Assembly: GCA_043798045.1 (NCBI GenBank)
Contig: JAZDPD010000146.1
Coordinates: forward strand, 1-32,373
From: Candidatus Omnitrophota bacterium
GTDB lineage: Bacteria > Omnitrophota > Gorgyraeia > Zapsychrales > Fredricksoniimonadaceae
Length of the DNA stretch: 32,373 nt
Direction of reading: 5' to 3'
Shown: positions 27,884 through 32,373 of the stretch, piece after piece
Layout of the letters: every line of letters begins with the position of its first letter
How positions within the stretch are numbered: the stretch's first letter is position 1
Position numbers and translations under genes: made by a program
Notes under the pieces: generated by a model
What the model was told of the DNA's origin: nothing
Seen by the model: only the letters and a program-made list of their open reading frames with translations
The model's database searches: none

Positions 27884-30800
27884 TCAAATACTATCAATAT
27901 CATCAAACTTTCTTGCCACCAACGCCGCCATTTCTTGCTTTTCCGGCGTATTACCAATTGAAGGATCAGTTATGCCCATGGCTACCAAGGGGCTGGCAAT
28001 AGGGGTGATATTAATAATCACGGGTGTAAAACCATTAAACCCGTTCTTTAAAACCTCGCGCACGGCTTCTTCGTTAAACTGAATCTTGGACGTGCCGGTT
28101 TTATTGACGTCAATGTTCTTGATGTCGATACCACCGTATTGAGCATTATCAGACGCTACCGCCTCAACTTTTTCATGATAACCAGCCGCAAGCGCAGCAA
28201 ACTGATCGAGTGTCTCATTACCCATGAACGCCACTGACGGAACAACACCCTCAGGCATCTGAAGAACAGCGCCGACCCTCTCGCCAAAAATCCCGCCAGC
28301 GCCATTGATCAAAAGATCCGGATATTTGGAACGCACATCCTTTAATACATCACCGGCCTGAGTAAAGGTTTGATCCACAAAATCAGCAAAAGGGCCAAAC
28401 TGGACACCATCCGCGCCCGCAGCCACACTTTCATCCACACGCCCCATCACATAATTGTCTTTAAACGCAATGTCATTAATGATAACTATCGATGGGTGCG
28501 CGATTTTAATGGCCTTGATTGTTTCAGGCGTAAGGTACTCTTCAACGCCAACCAGATAATCAGCACCCGCCTCAATGGCCTTTAGTGCCTCGGGCACATT
28601 ATTCCTGATAAAATATCCTGCAAGGGCATTTGGCCTACCTTCTTTAAAATACTGCAAAGCGTCCTTAATATCAAAGACAGGCAGGATACCCCGATCAAAC
28701 ATCACTCTGGCCACCTCGCTCACACCCACCGCGCCCTTTTGCGTGAGCACTCCCTTAAAACTCTTATTCTTGCCAGTCTCGGTATGCAGCCCGGCGAACA
28801 AGCCTGTCTTTCTTATTTCTGTCAATGTTGCCAATTTGACCTGAGATACAGTCTCAAGCAATGCACTGATCGCCTGATAAGCCACCATGGATTGAGACCG
28901 TGAAACCTCTAAAGGCGGCACTGAGCCATCAAGAATCCTGCCAAAGTACTCCTGCGCGGACAACAAAACCTCACGCAGGAAGTCCGCTTCTTCACGCGTT
29001 TCCGGATGAGCCAAGGCTCGATTTATCACATCAACCGTTGTTGTGATAGTATTTTTAACATCCTCAATGATCATGGCCACCAGCGTCTTTTTCATAATAC
29101 GACGGTGTGAAATCAATGATGACGATTCAAGAGAAACCCATGAATCATCGCCGCCGTTATACAAAAGCTCCAGCACTGAACCGACAAAATCCTTCCTGCT
29201 GCTTGATGCACGATAAAGATCCAGGTTCTTTTGAACAGATTTCCTGATTTGTCTTAACTCGACCCAAATAACAGGCGCTGCCAGAACAGCGATGACCGCG
29301 GCATAAGATAAAATCTGGGCGCTATCTATTGGCGCGTCGGGAAGATTAATCGAGAAAGCCGAAGTTGATGGCAAATCACTCGCCATCGCGGCGTCAAAAC
29401 CCTCTGGCTCAACGCCCATTTGAAGCAAAATAAGCATACGCACTTCTTTTCTGACTTTATTCTGCAAATCTTTCGGCATTTGATCAGGAAAATTGATTCT
29501 TAACGCTGTTTGAATCATATCCGCAACTTCCTGCGGGTCAGCCGTCGGAACTCTTTTTAATGCAATATTCACACGCTTAATAATTTTAGGCACAACCATG
29601 TCAAAAAAACCAGGCGTCATGCTGAACTTATAATTTAAAATAGCCCAGCTTAACAAATCCTTCACAGGCTTAACCGCCGGCTTTGTTGACTCATATTGAT
29701 TAACGAGCGCCTTCCCACCGACACCATCTAAAACCATGAGCCACACTTCTTCCTCTCCAATCTTTTTCTCAAGAGCAGGCATTTGCGGAGGCTGCTTAAG
29801 ATCCAGTTTTGATCTAACCAAATTGGCAATTTCCAATAATCCCATTTGAGGAAACTCCATCTGGGCCATCAAGGCCAACATGTCAATCTTCTCTCTTAGC
29901 ATCCGGCAAAATGCCGGATCCAGCCAAAACTCATCCTGCTTAAAGCTTTTTTCAGAACTTGACGCTGACGGCTGGCGCATCGGCGTCATTCTTACAGCAC
30001 GATTAGCATCAATAATTGCCGCATTTTTCATATCTTCACGAAACTTCATCCAAAAACGAGCCGCCGCACCCACGGCAAGAACACCAACAATGCCCGATAT
30101 AATCCAATGCTCTTGCACCATATTAATGACATTTGCCATCATGGCTTCGTCGGAAGCATCTGTCAAATACGCTAAAGACGCATGCTGTAGTGACTGCGCA
30201 TCATCATTTGTATTCTGCCACTCCTTTGACATCATTTCCCTCAACCCAACAACCGTATAAACAACATCAGGAGCACCTTCTTGCTCAACCACCACTGAAA
30301 GTTGCTCAGGAATTTCTTGCTGATCCCTCCTTAGATGAATCGGAATCACAAAAGTATTTCCATTATCAGCGCTGATCTCCATAAATTCCTGACCTTGTGG
30401 AGGCCTAAACTCTACCCCATTAAGCAATTTCGGACTATCTCCTAAGGCAAAAACATCTACCTTTTTGATTCTAATCGGCTTGCCCGAATGATTTTCAAGC
30501 CAAAAAAGAAACTCCGCATTCGTATGATTCAAACCAATACCTGTATGTACATCAAAACTTCGACGGGCATACTCAGGTCTTAGTCTCAGCCCCATATAAT
30601 CCAGGGTTTCATAATAATAACCCATTCTCTTACTCTTTTGACCCCACGCATCTAATTGATACAGCTTTCTTGAAGCAACATCCTCACGAGCCTTCAAGGG
30701 CAATTTAATTTTAGGCACCATCACACCCTTAAGAAGGCTCTGGACATTAACATATTCAACAAGTGTTTGACCGATACCCGGCCTATAAGCCTTAACGCTA

Positions 30801-32373
30801 ATTTTATCAATGGGCTTGCCGAATGAAAGAAGCGGCACATCAAATGAAAACGTCGCATTGGCAGGGATCATTTGAAGATCGCCAATAGGAGCATCTGTTG
30901 TAGCAGTCACTTCCTTGCTCCCGTACGCATAAACACCCTGAAGCCCAACTTTGCCGTTTTTCCCTGTACCCACTACAGCCTGAAACGCTGTTTCGGCTAC
31001 ACCATCCTGGCCATAAGCACGCGCCACCAAGCCCTGTATAGGCGCTTGCTTATTGCTCATCGATGTGACTCCGAGATTAACTTTATAATAAAGAGTCATC
31101 CCTGTTTCATGATGCACATGTGGCTCAATTCCCAACACCTCAAACTTCAATCCTCTGTCAACAACCGGAACGCCCACATCCACTTTCTCAAATACTTTCG
31201 CAACACCAGATGGCTCAGACACCGCACTCACTTCCCGCGTCGACTTATTCATCAACGAAGAGAAATATCTGCTCATATCTTTCTCATACCATTTGCCTAC
31301 AGCTAATATGCCCACAACCATACCAAAAATGAGCACGAACTGCTTTAAGGAACTTCCTTCCTTAACATCCTCAACAACGCGCTTAACCTCAAGATCCGCT
31401 AACGGGGCCTTCTTACCCTCAGGGCCCGCTAAAGGAGCTTTCTTTTCGGGCTCTTGATAATTAACATTCACATGCAATGGAACCCCAACCAAATTATCCC
31501 AACGGCTCTTATTCTCATTCACCAAAACCGAAGGATGCTTCCAGCCCGTTTTAAACATATCTTCAAGACCAACCATCGAATAAAACTCCAACCCTGAATC
31601 TTGACGCCTGACCAAGATTGCAACTTGTTGTGGCAACTTTCCCTCGTTAGAAAAGTTTTGAATCGGCATATCGATCGATTGTCCCGGTAAAAGTGAAAAA
31701 TATCCATCCGCATCACGCCCTGACAAGCCATTCTTTCCAACAACTTCCCTGTCAGATGCAAACAGATAGGCTTCCACCTTGATCCGCATCGCATCACTTG
31801 AATTATTCATGAAACGAAAACCATACCCCCTACCATCATCGGCGACACCGAGCGCATTAATGAGTAACCCCTCGTAATCAGTCGTTTTTTTGTAATCGAC
31901 CACATAAGTAAAATCAGCTTCCATTCCTGCCGGAGCTGTAATCCCATCTTTAAAGGGCATCAAATCCTGATCAACTTTCATAAACATCTTGCGTTCCTCT
32001 TGCGCTGCATCAAAACGCAACTCAGACAAAGGAATGCTGGTAAAAGAAGACTGCATCGCCTTGTCATTCTTTGATGAGGCCTTTTTTTCAAACAACACCT
32101 GCATATTCTCAAAAGTAAAAACAGAGTTTTTCTGATTGTGGCGGCGGATTTGCCATTGCACCATATCAACCGCACCCTGATAATCACCTATATTAAGCCT
32201 CAAACGCACATCTTCCCCAGGACGCAAACCAATCGTCCATCCTTTGTCATTGATTGGAATTGAAGAAATCGCTGCCGCAGGATAATGAAGCATGGCAATA
32301 CCCGGCCTACCATTATTATCCTCAACCGAAATCAAAGAAGCCCCCACAGGAACCTTGCTGGAATTATAAGAAA
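27884..32373 (-). CDS. Paralog 7 (5'-truncated by window edge): repeated beta-rich domains, TM-helical modules, KDPG/KHG-aldolase-like TIM barrel, C-terminal GGID motif
   Basis: The frame is open from 27884 to the window end, so GTG 32347 is probably not the real start. The C-terminus GGIDIKNIDVNKTG...GFNGFTPVIINITP is nearly identical to paralog 6. Barrel motifs: AIEAGADYLV, AAGADGVQFGP, PDLLINGAGGI. Confidence 0.88.
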   Translation of the reverse strand, partial: SYNSSKVPVGASLISVEDNNGRPGIAMLHYPAAAISSIPINDKGWTIGLRPGEDVRLRLNIGDYQGAVDMVQWQIRRHNQKNSVFTFENMQVLFEKKASSKNDKAMQSSFTSIPLSELRFDAAQEERKMFMKVDQDLMPFKDGITAPAGMEADFTYVVDYKKTTDYEGLLINALGVADDGRGYGFRFMNNSSDAMRIKVEAYLFASDREVVGKNGLSGRDADGYFSLLPGQSIDMPIQNFSNEGKLPQQVAILVRRQDSGLEFYSMVGLEDMFKTGWKHPSVLVNENKSRWDNLVGVPLHVNVNYQEPEKKAPLAGPEGKKAPLADLEVKRVVEDVKEGSSLKQFVLIFGMVVGILAVGKWYEKDMSRYFSSLMNKSTREVSAVSEPSGVAKVFEKVDVGVPVVDRGLKFEVLGIEPHVHHETGMTLYYKVNLGVTSMSNKQAPIQGLVARAYGQDGVAETAFQAVVGTGKNGKVGLQGVYAYGSKEVTATTDAPIGDLQMIPANATFSFDVPLLSFGKPIDKISVKAYRPGIGQTLVEYVNVQSLLKGVMVPKIKLPLKAREDVASRKLYQLDAWGQKSKRMGYYYETLDYMGLRLRPEYARRSFDVHTGIGLNHTNAEFLFWLENHSGKPIRIKKVDVFALGDSPKLLNGVEFRPPQGQEFMEISADNGNTFVIPIHLRRDQQEIPEQLSVVVEQEGAPDVVYTVVGLREMMSKEWQNTNDDAQSLQHASLAYLTDASDEAMMANVINMVQEHWIISGIVGVLAVGAAARFWMKFREDMKNAAIIDANRAVRMTPMRQPSASSSEKSFKQDEFWLDPAFCRMLREKIDMLALMAQMEFPQMGLLEIANLVRSKLDLKQPPQMPALEKKIGEEEVWLMVLDGVGGKALVNQYESTKPAVKPVKDLLSWAILNYKFSMTPGFFDMVVPKIIKRVNIALKRVPTADPQEVADMIQTALRINFPDQMPKDLQNKVRKEVRMLILLQMGVEPEGFDAAMASDLPSTSAFSINLPDAPIDSAQILSYAAVIAVLAAPVIWVELRQIRKSVQKNLDLYRASSSRKDFVGSVLELLYNGGDDSWVSLESSSLISHRRIMKKTLVAMIIEDVKNTITTTVDVINRALAHPETREEADFLREVLLSAQEYFGRILDGSVPPLEVSRSQSMVAYQAISALLETVSQVKLATLTEIRKTGLFAGLHTETGKNKSFKGVLTQKGAVGVSEVARVMFDRGILPVFDIKDALQYFKEGRPNALAGYFIRNNVPEALKAIEAGADYLVGVEEYLTPETIKAIKIAHPSIVIINDIAFKDNYVMGRVDESVAAGADGVQFGPFADFVDQTFTQAGDVLKDVRSKYPDLLINGAGGIFGERVGAVLQMPEGVVPSVAFMGNETLDQFAALAAGYHEKVEAVASDNAQYGGIDIKNIDVNKTGTSKIQFNEEAVREVLKNGFNGFTPVIINITPIASPLVAMGITDPSIGNTPEKQEMAALVARKFDDIDSI

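Noticed and set aside
161-32187. Numerous short plus-strand and alternate-frame ORFs (60-170 aa) in the ORF track
   Set aside because: All overlap the long minus-strand genes and show no recognisable motifs. Their recurrence (e.g. SFSYGERLTQR) just mirrors the conserved carrier domain on the antisense strand.
32345-32347. GTG 32347 as the start of the last gene
   Set aside because: The frame remains open to the window edge and lacks the signal peptide and carrier domain expected for this family.
1618-32373. Classical polymorphic toxin, Rhs, autotransporter, T9SS-cargo or intein interpretation
   Set aside because: No YD/RHS or haemagglutinin repeats, no immunity-sized ORFs between genes, the C-motif is too short for a beta-barrel and unlike a T9SS CTD, and no Hint-type C/S...HN motifs were seen.

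Overview
The window is almost entirely a head-to-tail, minus-strand array of seven large paralogous genes: five complete (about 1,200-2,500 aa) and two cut by the window edges, interrupted only by a truncated Bro-N gene. They share one architecture: Sec-type signal peptide, then a conserved ~350-400 aa N-terminal domain I cannot assign to a named family (hallmarks WVNLSPYEKDR, GRDLLAQDYxLKQ, FNKVWIxP, EKEVNxGxNFAxxRQ, RxYFSGG), then a variable cargo region, then a conserved ~55 aa C-terminal motif (GGI[DN]...G[FL]xP[VI]...IxP). The cargoes are mostly homologues of normally cytoplasmic enzymes: GT5 glycogen synthase, MBL hydrolase, HD, Nudix, 2H phosphoesterases, a PEP-synthase-like dikinase, NDP kinase, histidine phosphatase and an Eda-like TIM barrel. 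Cargo modules are bracketed by a short D-x-[AS]-[MQ] motif. Loops of the conserved domain carry in-frame GTAG-type REP palindromes and a second ~130 bp hairpin element. My best interpretation (inference) is a modular exported 'carrier + enzyme cargo' polyprotein or effector system. From memory it resembles large proteins of Ca. Omnitrophota, but I cannot verify that here. No rRNA, tRNA, CRISPR array or transposase was seen. Domain calls come from motif recognition by eye, not from database searches.
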